Assembly: GCA_955652925.1 (NCBI GenBank)
Contig: CATPCO010000693.1
Span: forward strand, 1-33,497
Source: an uncultured Xanthobacteraceae bacterium
Lineage (GTDB): Bacteria > Pseudomonadota > Alphaproteobacteria > Rhizobiales > Xanthobacteraceae
Reading direction: 5' to 3'
DNA: 33,497 bases
Shown: piece after piece, positions 26,993 through 33,497 of the stretch
How the letters are laid out: every line of letters starts with the position of its first letter
Position numbering within the stretch: the stretch's first letter is position 1
The notes under the pieces: model-generated
Told to the model about the DNA's origin: nothing
Databases searched by the model: none
What the model saw: the letters and a program-made list of their open reading frames with translations, nothing else
Made by a program: the position numbers and the translations under genes

Positions 26993-28690
26993 ATGCTGCG
27001 GATCGGGACCGGAGCCCGGCACGGGCTTCGCTTGGGGTTTCTTGCTGTTGCGGCTGTTTGGCTCACGACCAATCCGACCCAGGCAGCCCCCTATGCCGAC
27101 ATTGTCATGGATGCCAATTCCGGAACCGTGCTGCATTCGACCAATCCTGATGCCCTGCGGCATCCAGCCTCGCTGACCAAGATCATGACGCTCTATCTGC
27201 TGTTCGAGCAGCTGGAGTTGGGCAAGCTCAAGCTCGACAGCGACCTCAAGGTTTCAGCAGACGCCGCTGGCCAGAGTCCGACCAAGCTCGGTCTCAAGCC
27301 GGGCACCACCCTGAAGGTCGAAGATGCGATCAAAGGGATGGTGACGCGTTCGGCAAATGACGCCGCCGCCGTGGTGGCGGAAGCCATTGCCGGCGACGAG
27401 GACGAGTTTGCCAAGCTCATGACTCGGAAGGCGCAATCGCTTGGAATGAGCCGCACCGTTTACAAGAATGCATCCGGCTTGCCCGACGACGATCAGGTTA
27501 CCACTGCCCGCGACCAGGCGATGCTGGGCCGCGCTATTCAGGAGAGATTTCCCCGCTACTACAAATATTTCTCCACGCGCTCCTTCAATTTCCGCGGTCA
27601 GTCCATCGGCAATCACAATCACCTGCTCGGCCGAGTCGAAGGGGTGGATGGCATCAAGACCGGCTATATCAGCGCATCCGGCTTTAACCTTGTGACCTCG
27701 GTGCATCGCGGCAACCGTTACCTGGTGGCTGTTGTCATGGGGGGCAGCAGCGCGGGAAGTCGTGACGCGCGCATGCGCGAGCTGATCAGTGACAAGATCG
27801 CGCAGGCCTCAACCAAACGGACTGCGCCCATGATTGCCGAGGCGGGCGAGGCTGCGGACCGATCGGGCGAGGCTGCGGACCGATCGGGCGAGGCCAAGGT
27901 GGCGCAAGCGGCGATCAAGCCGGAACCAAAGAAGCCGACGAAACCAACCGCCAAAGCCAAGGCCAAGCCGGAGCCCAAACCTGAGCCACAGACGGAAGCC
28001 GATGAGGAGGCGGCGGACTCGAAAGACGAGCCCAAGTTTGCCGTTGCAAGCATATCGAGCTCGCCTGTGCATCTGGTCAGCTCGCCAGCGCAGAACGCGC
28101 CTGCGCCTGCGCGCAAAGCAGCTGAACAGCCGGCGATCGCAGCAGGATCGACCGAGCCCATTCGGCCTGTATTGGTCAAAACATTGGCCGTAAGAGCGGG
28201 GGGACAGACCGCGGCAATCGCACCACTGCAGGTTTATCAGGGCGCATCCAGCGCGCCCGTCGAAGCAGCGCAGTCCACGCCAGCGCCCGCAACGGCGGCA
28301 AAGCCCGAGCCCGCGCCCGAGCCTGTTCCCATCGCGGCACCTGCCGTGCCGGCGGCGATGCGCGTCGCGCAAGCGCAGAATGTTCCGGCGCCCACCGCAG
28401 CATCGACGCCCATGCCCGCCGCTCCAGCAGCCAAAGCACAAACCCATAGCGGCTGGATCATCCAGGTTGGGGCGTACCACGTCGAGCAAGAGGCAAAGCA
28501 ACGCCTTTCCGCTGTGCAAACCAAGGCAGCCAAGGTGCTCACCGGCGCCGATCCCTTCACCGAAGTTTTTGACAAGGGCGGCACCACCTATTATCGCGCC
28601 CGCTTCGCCGGTCTTGACCGCGACAAGGCGGAAGCCGCCTGCAAATATCTCAAGCGCAACGACGTCGAATGTGTAGCCATCAAGAACTGA
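26993..28690 (+). CDS. Serine-type D-Ala-D-Ala carboxypeptidase (peptidase S11, PBP5/6-like) with a long low-complexity linker and C-terminal SPOR domain
   Basis: ATG 26993 (G-rich RBS) gives the signal-like MLRIGTGARHGLRLGFLAVAAVWL. Catalytic motifs are SLTK (SxxK), SAND (SxN) and KTGY (KTG). A Pro/Ala/Lys/Glu-rich linker covers about 27800-28440. The C-terminal SGWIIQVGAY...YYRARFAGLDRDKAEAACKYLKRN is a SPOR fold signature. Confidence 0.9.
   Translation: MLRIGTGARHGLRLGFLAVAAVWLTTNPTQAAPYADIVMDANSGTVLHSTNPDALRHPASLTKIMTLYLLFEQLELGKLKLDSDLKVSADAAGQSPTKLGLKPGTTLKVEDAIKGMVTRSANDAAAVVAEAIAGDEDEFAKLMTRKAQSLGMSRTVYKNASGLPDDDQVTTARDQAMLGRAIQERFPRYYKYFSTRSFNFRGQSIGNHNHLLGRVEGVDGIKTGYISASGFNLVTSVHRGNRYLVAVVMGGSSAGSRDARMRELISDKIAQASTKRTAPMIAEAGEAADRSGEAADRSGEAKVAQAAIKPEPKKPTKPTAKAKAKPEPKPEPQTEADEEAADSKDEPKFAVASISSSPVHLVSSPAQNAPAPARKAAEQPAIAAGSTEPIRPVLVKTLAVRAGGQTAAIAPLQVYQGASSAPVEAAQSTPAPATAAKPEPAPEPVPIAAPAVPAAMRVAQAQNVPAPTAASTPMPAAPAAKAQTHSGWIIQVGAYHVEQEAKQRLSAVQTKAAKVLTGADPFTEVFDKGGTTYYRARFAGLDRDKAEAACKYLKRNDVECVAIKN
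27844..27893 (+). repeat. Perfect in-frame 21-bp tandem duplication (plus a 9-nt partial third copy) inside the carboxypeptidase linker
   Basis: GGGCGAGGCTGCGGACCGATC occurs at 27844-27864 and 27865-27885, followed by GGGCGAGGC. It encodes GEAADRS-GEAADRS-GEA. Confidence 0.95.
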
Positions 28691-28756
28691 CGTTGACGAG
28701 CAACAGGGAAGCCGCGTCGTACAGGAGCCGCCACGTGATGCGTCGAGTAAAGGAGT

Positions 28757-29464
28757 TTAGCGATGGCGGCGCAAAAGGACGTCCTTGGCTTCATTGACGC
28801 GAGCCGCGAGATACGTCGACCCCCCTTGGTCGGGATGCAGTTTCTTCATGAGCGATCGATGCGCGCGCCCGATCTCTTCGGCGCTCGCCCCCGGCTGCAC
28901 GCCAAGGATCTGATAAGCCTCCTCTTCCGTCATTTTGCCGCTGCGCCAACTCGTCTCGTTTGTCCCCGCTGCCGCATCACCCTGCGCGTGCTCACGCCAA
29001 CGGGGCTCCCGGCGGTCGAGATACGCCATAAGTAGCGCCCGGCTTTCCTCGTCGATCTCCGCAAGGAAGCCGATCAAGGTTGCGAGATCGAGCCGGTCGA
29101 GCTCTTCACCTTCGCGTGGACCGGCCAGTACGCGGCCGCGCATCGCTCCGGTGTCGTGATCCAGCTGCATTTCCAGAAATGCCGAGCGCACGCGCGACGT
29201 CTGTCCCGCGCTTTTGCGCGTGCGCGCGCCGAACCCCGGCATGCTCCACGGCAACCAGCCAAGTAAGCCGAGGCCCGTCAGGCCGAGGGGAATTGCGACA
29301 TCGAGCCGCCCGCGAGCGCCCAGCACCCCGGCGAGCGCCAGCGCCCCCAAGCCGCCACCGGCTTTGAGAACCGTGGCCGCCTTGTGCGGATTGACTTTCG
29401 TGAATGCATTGAGCGCCAGCAGCCCAAGCGCAAGCACGACCAGACCGAAGATCAGCGAGCCCAT
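28757..29464 (-). CDS. Membrane-anchored J-domain (DnaJ-like) protein
   Basis: There are two or three N-terminal TM segments (LIFGLVVLALGLLALNAF, GGLGALALAGVLGA, IPLGLTGLGLLGWL). The C-terminal J domain EEEAYQILGVQPGASAEEIGRAHRSLMKKLHPDQGG has an intact HPD motif. The ATG is 2 nt after the upstream VWA stop. Confidence 0.85.
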   Translation of the reverse strand: MGSLIFGLVVLALGLLALNAFTKVNPHKAATVLKAGGGLGALALAGVLGARGRLDVAIPLGLTGLGLLGWLPWSMPGFGARTRKSAGQTSRVRSAFLEMQLDHDTGAMRGRVLAGPREGEELDRLDLATLIGFLAEIDEESRALLMAYLDRREPRWREHAQGDAAAGTNETSWRSGKMTEEEAYQILGVQPGASAEEIGRAHRSLMKKLHPDQGGSTYLAARVNEAKDVLLRRHR

Positions 29465-29466
29465 TA

Positions 29467-30210
29467 TTATGGTCTCATTTGTGCAAGGAGCTTCATCGCA
29501 CCCGCTTGCTGTCGCGCGGAAAGATCGGCGAGTGCGCGCATACCGCCGGCCGCGTATGCGGCCACGGCCCGCAACAGCTCAGCGAGCTGGTGAGCTGCTC
29601 CAACGTCGAACCGGCAAAACGCGCCATGACTGAGCCGCGCAATTTCGCGAAAGGCCTGCTCGGTTATGGGATTATTGCCTTCCTGGAACATGAAAGCCGG
29701 AACGCCAAGGAGCCCGAGCTCGCCCGCCCCATGACAAAGATCATCGAGCTTTTCCTCCATGGCGTCTCCGACGAAGACCAGCGCCTGCACCTTCTTGGTC
29801 TGGGTCTCCCGCTTCGCGTGAGAGATGATCTTCGCGATCTGAGTGTGCCCGCCGCGGCAATCAATCTGCTCCATCAAAGCCGCGAGCCGCTCGGCTTTCG
29901 AAACCCAACGCGAGGCTCGGCATTCCGTGAGACCCCGATAATAAACGAGCTGAACATCCAAGCCGCCGATAGCGGCTGCTTCTCGAAACATGTCGGCCTG
30001 CAGGCGGCACGCCGTGTCCCAAGTCGGCTGCCGGCTCATGGTTGCATCCAACGCAAAAATCAGCCGTCCCCGTTGCCCCGAGCCGGTTGCGGGAGCAAGA
30101 CTTTTCACCTTGCTCAGAAACACATCGATTTCGGAGCGCGTCGATTGGGGCGCGGGCGCGCGGGCGCCGTCTGCGGGCGCCGGTGTCCTGCCGCTGCGAT
30201 CATTGGACAT
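29467..30210 (-). CDS. von Willebrand factor A (VWA) domain protein, cytoplasmic
   Basis: LIFALDATMSRQP is a MIDAS-like D-x-T-x-S. It also has VQALVFVGDAMEE and a Rossmann-like alternation of strands and helices. Neither a signal peptide nor a TM segment is present. The start is uncertain among ATG 30210, 30252 and 30270. Confidence 0.7.
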   Translation of the reverse strand: MSNDRSGRTPAPADGARAPAPQSTRSEIDVFLSKVKSLAPATGSGQRGRLIFALDATMSRQPTWDTACRLQADMFREAAAIGGLDVQLVYYRGLTECRASRWVSKAERLAALMEQIDCRGGHTQIAKIISHAKRETQTKKVQALVFVGDAMEEKLDDLCHGAGELGLLGVPAFMFQEGNNPITEQAFREIARLSHGAFCRFDVGAAHQLAELLRAVAAYAAGGMRALADLSARQQAGAMKLLAQMRP

Positions 30211-30288
30211 TAGATCACGTCCGGGGAGCGTTTTCGCTCCTAAGGTGGACATATCCGGGTGGTGGCGCAATGGGGCGCGCCGACGACA

Positions 30289-30354
30289 CAGGACGGGACG
30301 ACAGAGGACGCAAGAAGCAGCTTGTCCGTTGTCCGTTGTCCGTCGTCTGTCCTG
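30289..30354. repeat. Imperfect long inverted repeat built from GGACG / GTCCGT(T) heptamer-like units; possible mipZ terminator or attenuator
   Basis: Pairing by eye gives CAGGAC(30289-94)/GTCCTG(30349-54), GACGAC(30297-302)/GTCGTC(30342-47), GGAC(30306-09)/GTCC(30338-41) and CAAG(30311-14)/CTTG(30321-24). The right arm contains TGTCCGT repeated three times in tandem (30323-30343). Confidence 0.6.
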
Positions 30355-30360
30355 CGTGCT

Positions 30361-31284
30361 CTACTGCTCGACCACGTCGTCCACTTCGAGCGGCGTCTCG
30401 GAGGCAGCAAACCATTCGGCGCGGGCTGCGGCGCGCCGTTGGCCGCGTGCGTCGAGAGGGAGCTTGAGCGCCTCGATCAATCTCATGACTTCGGCGCGGG
30501 CGGTGACATGGGACAGGCTGGGTCTCGTACCCAGCGTCGCCTCGTCGAGGCTGTCGAGCGCCGTCAGTCCGCGGGGAAAAAACTCGCGGTAGATCACCCG
30601 TTCGGCCAGCCCTTCGGCACAGCGGAACCCGAGCCGGGCCGAGAGCTCGCCCAGTCCCTGCCCAACCAGGCGCTTGTTGCGCGAGCCCAACATCGACAGG
30701 CGATTGCGCACCACGATCCAGTCCATGCGCGTGCCATCGATGACGCGACGTTGGCGTCGGGCGTCGCGCACCATGCTGGCATAATGGCTTTCTGACATCA
30801 CGGCATAAGTGGTCGGATCCACCGTTCCGATCACGTCGAGATCGACAAAACTGTCGTTCAGCGGCGTGATTAAGGTATCGGCCATGGAATGAGCAAGCCG
30901 AGTCAAGTAGCTGTCGGTTCCGGGCGTATCAACAACGACGAAATCGTGCGATCTCTCTACGGCCGCGACCGCTTCCGCAAAGCCCGCGAACTCGATCGCC
31001 TCGTTCTCATCGAGCTTGAGAGTGGAACCGCGCGCGACGCAAAAATGCATGGGCACCCTCAGGTCGAGGCGAGCCTGCTGGGCCCACGCTCGCCGGTTGT
31101 CGATATACCGCGTAAAGCTCTTTTGTCGGGAATCGAGATCGATAGTCGCGACGCGCTGGCCGAGATTCAAAAGCGCGATCGCGATATGCATGGCTGTGGT
31201 TGATTTGCCCGATCCGCCCTTCTCATTACCAACCACGATGACGTGCGCAGATTGAGCTCTGCGCGTGTTCGGCTCAAGCAACAT
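30361..31284 (-). CDS. mipZ: Division-plane positioning ATPase MipZ (ParA/MinD superfamily)
   Basis: HVIVVGNEKGGSGKSTTAMHIAIALLNLGQRVATIDLDSRQKSFTRYIDNRRAW carries the deviant Walker A KGGxGKST and the MipZ-type N-terminal block. GAGGTGGTGG precedes the ATG. Confidence 0.85.
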   Translation of the reverse strand: MLLEPNTRRAQSAHVIVVGNEKGGSGKSTTAMHIAIALLNLGQRVATIDLDSRQKSFTRYIDNRRAWAQQARLDLRVPMHFCVARGSTLKLDENEAIEFAGFAEAVAAVERSHDFVVVDTPGTDSYLTRLAHSMADTLITPLNDSFVDLDVIGTVDPTTYAVMSESHYASMVRDARRQRRVIDGTRMDWIVVRNRLSMLGSRNKRLVGQGLGELSARLGFRCAEGLAERVIYREFFPRGLTALDSLDEATLGTRPSLSHVTARAEVMRLIEALKLPLDARGQRRAAARAEWFAASETPLEVDDVVEQ

Positions 31285-31359
31285 GACGCCACCACCTCGG
31301 CAGGTGCATTCCTAGGCCGCGTCCAATGCGAAGCAAAGCGGTGGAATGAAAGCGCTGGA

Positions 31360-31374
31360 TTAACCATTAATTAA
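31360..31374. promoter_or_regulatory. Perfect CtrA-type box TTAA-N7-TTAA (also contains the 8-mer TTAACCAT) in the mipZ/panC divergent intergenic region
   Basis: The sequence TTAACCATTAATTAA lies at 31360-31374. A second TTAACCA(g) lies at 31426-31433. Both sit 70-150 nt from the two divergent start codons. Confidence 0.55.
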
Positions 31375-31446
31375 GCGCGTGCTTCCGGGCTGCCCAATCG
31401 GCTAATTTCATGCCGGCAACCACCATTAACCAGGCATTTTGACCAG

Positions 31447-32298
31447 ATGCCCGAGAGATTGCGCGTCTTGCGCACGGTACCGGCCTTCCGGCGATCCATC
31501 ATGGCCTGGAGAGCCGGCCACGCGAATGTTGCGTTGGTGCCGACCATGGGAGCGCTGCACGCGGGCCATCTTGCGCTGGTACGTGCCGCAGAGCGTCGCG
31601 CGCAGCGCACCATCGTCTCGATTTTCGTCAACCCGGCACAGTTCGCGCCGGAGGAGGACCTCGCCAGGTATCCCAGAACGTTTGACGCCGACGTTGCGGT
31701 GCTCAGAGAGCTGGGGGTTGATCTCGTCTGGGCTCCACCGGTCGAAGTGATGTATCCACCTGGATTTTCGACCAAAGTGGTACCCAGCGGCCCGGCGCTC
31801 GTCGGGCTCGAAGACCGGTTGCGGCCGCATTTTTTTTCCGGTGTCGCGACCGTAGTCGCCAAATTGCTGATTCAATGCGCGCCCGACTTCGCGATGTTCG
31901 GGGAAAAGGATTATCAGCAGCTCAAGGTGGTGAGCCGGATGGCGGCCGATCTCAATCTGCCGACGAGGATCATTGCTGTTCCCACCGTGCGGGAGAAGGA
32001 CGGGCTCGCGCTGTCTTCCCGCAACGCGTACCTCTCCGCCGAGGAGCGCGCGGTCGCTTCGACCCTCTACCGTGTACTCAAGGCTTGCGCGGAAAGGATC
32101 GCAAACGGCGAGCTCATTGCCCGCGTCATTGATGAGGGCGGCAACGCCATTGAGAATGCCGGTTTTATGCTTGATTACCTCGAAGCCCGTCATGCAGACA
32201 GCCTGCAACCGGTTGCATCGCTCGATGAGGGGCCGGTTCGTTTACTGGTGGCCGCGCGACTCGGAAAGACGCGGCTGATTGACAATCTAGGGGCGTGA
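31447..32298 (+). CDS. panC: Pantoate--beta-alanine ligase (pantothenate synthetase)
   Basis: VALVPTMGALHAGHLALV carries the HxGH motif. It also has SIFVNPAQFAP.EDL..YPR and FGEKDYQQL, which are canonical PanC blocks. Confidence 0.95.
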   Translation: MPERLRVLRTVPAFRRSIMAWRAGHANVALVPTMGALHAGHLALVRAAERRAQRTIVSIFVNPAQFAPEEDLARYPRTFDADVAVLRELGVDLVWAPPVEVMYPPGFSTKVVPSGPALVGLEDRLRPHFFSGVATVVAKLLIQCAPDFAMFGEKDYQQLKVVSRMAADLNLPTRIIAVPTVREKDGLALSSRNAYLSAEERAVASTLYRVLKACAERIANGELIARVIDEGGNAIENAGFMLDYLEARHADSLQPVASLDEGPVRLLVAARLGKTRLIDNLGA

Positions 32299-32305
32299 GA
32301 GAGCG

Positions 32306-33472
32306 TTACCTTTTCACCTTCATGGGGTCCTTGACGTCCGGAAATGTGGCAAACTCCATGTTCCAGAGCCCGCCGTTAACCTTTTCGACCTTGCTGATGT
32401 AGATGTTTTGGATGATGTCGCGGGTCTCCGGATCGATCGACATCATCCCGCGCGGGCTTTCCCATCGCATGCCTTTCATCGCGGCGAGCAGCGTGTCGCC
32501 GTCCGTCTTGCCGCCCGTCTTCTTGAGCGCCTCGTAGATCAGGTGCATGCCGTCATAGCCTCCGACCGAGACGAAGTCCGGCCGGAAGTCGTTCGCCTTC
32601 CTGAACTCTTCGACGTATTTCTTGTTCAGCGGCGAATCATGCGCGGCCGAATAGTCATGCGCGGTGATCATGCCGATCATCTGATCGCCCATACTGTCGA
32701 GTTGGTCGTCATCAGTCAGATCGCCGGGACCGATGATTTTGATGCCCGAACTGGCAAGCCCGCGTTCGGCGAACTGCTTTGCAAAAATACCGGCCTGAGT
32801 GCCGGGAAAATAAAGGAAAGCGGTATCTGGATTGAGATCACGAACACGCTGCAGGAAGGGGGCAAAGTCGGGATTGGCAAGCGGAATTCGGATAGACTCA
32901 ATGATCTCACCGCCGAGTTCGGTAAAGCGCTGCTTGAATGCCGTTTCCGCTTCAACGCCAGGCGCCCACTCGTTGACCAACGTGACCACGCGTTTGCTGC
33001 CATTTTTGGCCGCCCATTCCCCCATGATCCAGGACGATTGTGAGAGGATGAAGCTGGTGCGCACGTAATAAGGAGACACGGTGGTCGTGACCGATGCGCC
33101 CGAGATCATGACCACGGTTGCAATCTTTGCCTGGGTCACGAGCGGGCCGTAGGCCAATACGGTTGGCGTGATGCCCCCGGCGATGATGTTGACCTTGTCA
33201 TTGACGATCATCTCCTGGACGAGGCGCCGGGCGTTGTCGGCTACGCCGGCATCATCGCGCAAGATCAGCTCGATCTTCTTGCCGGCAACGACGTCGCCGT
33301 GTTGCTGCACATAGAGCCGCGCGCCAGCTGCCGCTTGTCGGCCCGCGGCATTGAATCCGGCCCCGGTCATGGCAAAGCTCATGCCGATCTTGATCACGTC
33401 CTGCGCCGCCGCATCGCTCCCTGCCAATCCGGCGACAACACATGCGAAGGCGATGATCTGTTTGCGAGCCAT
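32306..33472 (-). CDS. ABC transporter substrate-binding protein (branched-chain amino acid / LivK-type periplasmic binding protein family)
   Basis: ATG 33472 (GGGAG RBS) gives the signal peptide MARKQIIAFACVVAGLAGSDAAAQD. The protein then reads VIKIGMSFAMTGAGFNAAGRQ and continues with a type-I PBP pattern. The ligand is unknown. Confidence 0.85.
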   Translation of the reverse strand: MARKQIIAFACVVAGLAGSDAAAQDVIKIGMSFAMTGAGFNAAGRQAAAGARLYVQQHGDVVAGKKIELILRDDAGVADNARRLVQEMIVNDKVNIIAGGITPTVLAYGPLVTQAKIATVVMISGASVTTTVSPYYVRTSFILSQSSWIMGEWAAKNGSKRVVTLVNEWAPGVEAETAFKQRFTELGGEIIESIRIPLANPDFAPFLQRVRDLNPDTAFLYFPGTQAGIFAKQFAERGLASSGIKIIGPGDLTDDDQLDSMGDQMIGMITAHDYSAAHDSPLNKKYVEEFRKANDFRPDFVSVGGYDGMHLIYEALKKTGGKTDGDTLLAAMKGMRWESPRGMMSIDPETRDIIQNIYISKVEKVNGGLWNMEFATFPDVKDPMKVKR

Positions 33473-33497
33473 CGGCAACTCCCGTCTCACAGTTACA

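Noticed and set aside
27809-28519. 236-aa minus-strand ORF (and other frames) across the carboxypeptidase linker
   Set aside because: The low-complexity GC-rich linker DNA keeps several frames open. The Arg/Gly/Cys-rich translation is not protein-like.
29479-30213. 244-aa plus-strand ORF opposite the VWA gene
   Set aside because: Its composition is Arg/Ser/Gly/Leu-rich and it has no motifs. The minus-strand frame shows a VWA/MIDAS-like pattern and is translationally coupled to the J-domain gene.
1-33497. Whole-window check for tRNA/rRNA genes, CRISPR arrays, IS elements, integrases, toxin-antitoxin pairs or known defence genes
   Set aside because: I saw no T-loop-like GGTTCGAATCC-type signature. 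There are no regularly spaced direct repeats, no terminal inverted repeats flanking a transposase-like ORF, and no recognisable nuclease, helicase or methylase defence modules. The window reads as conserved core chromosome.

Overview
This is a GC-rich, gene-dense chromosomal core segment. I call 31 CDSs. I saw no rRNA, tRNA, CRISPR array, transposase, integrase or phage-like gene. The gene order points to an alphaproteobacterium of the Hyphomicrobiales/Rhizobiales type; that assignment is an inference from synteny only. In order, the window holds: two ABC permeases, a carboxylesterase and an isochorismatase-family hydrolase; topA, rnr, a NUDIX hydrolase and rpmG; pleD and divK (minus strand); a small membrane protein; DUF3572 and dinB; an EipB-like DUF1849 protein; a RidA, GDPD, DUF482/GNAT and HIT block; a glycan-modification cluster (GT87, FAD oxidoreductase and GtrA, with a divergent GT87 paralogue); clpA and clpS; a phasin; a DD-carboxypeptidase fused to a SPOR domain; a membrane J-domain protein, a VWA protein and mipZ (minus strand); panC; and a LivK-type binding protein. 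Most of this is conserved housekeeping and cell-cycle content. I found no clear defence island or mobile island. The best candidates for uncharacterised biology are: (1) the tightly coupled GtrA, FAD-oxidoreductase and GT87 operon with its divergent GT87 paralogue; (2) the translationally coupled VWA and membrane J-domain pair just downstream of mipZ; and (3) several non-coding signals visible in the sequence. Those signals are a perfect CtrA-type TTAA-N7-TTAA box between mipZ and panC, a TGC-rich inverted repeat over the phasin promoter, a perfect 20-bp direct repeat upstream of the HIT gene, a heptamer-repeat imperfect hairpin between mipZ and the VWA gene, and a 21-bp in-frame tandem duplication in the carboxypeptidase linker. 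All functional calls come from motifs recognised by eye in the translated ORFs. No database search was run.
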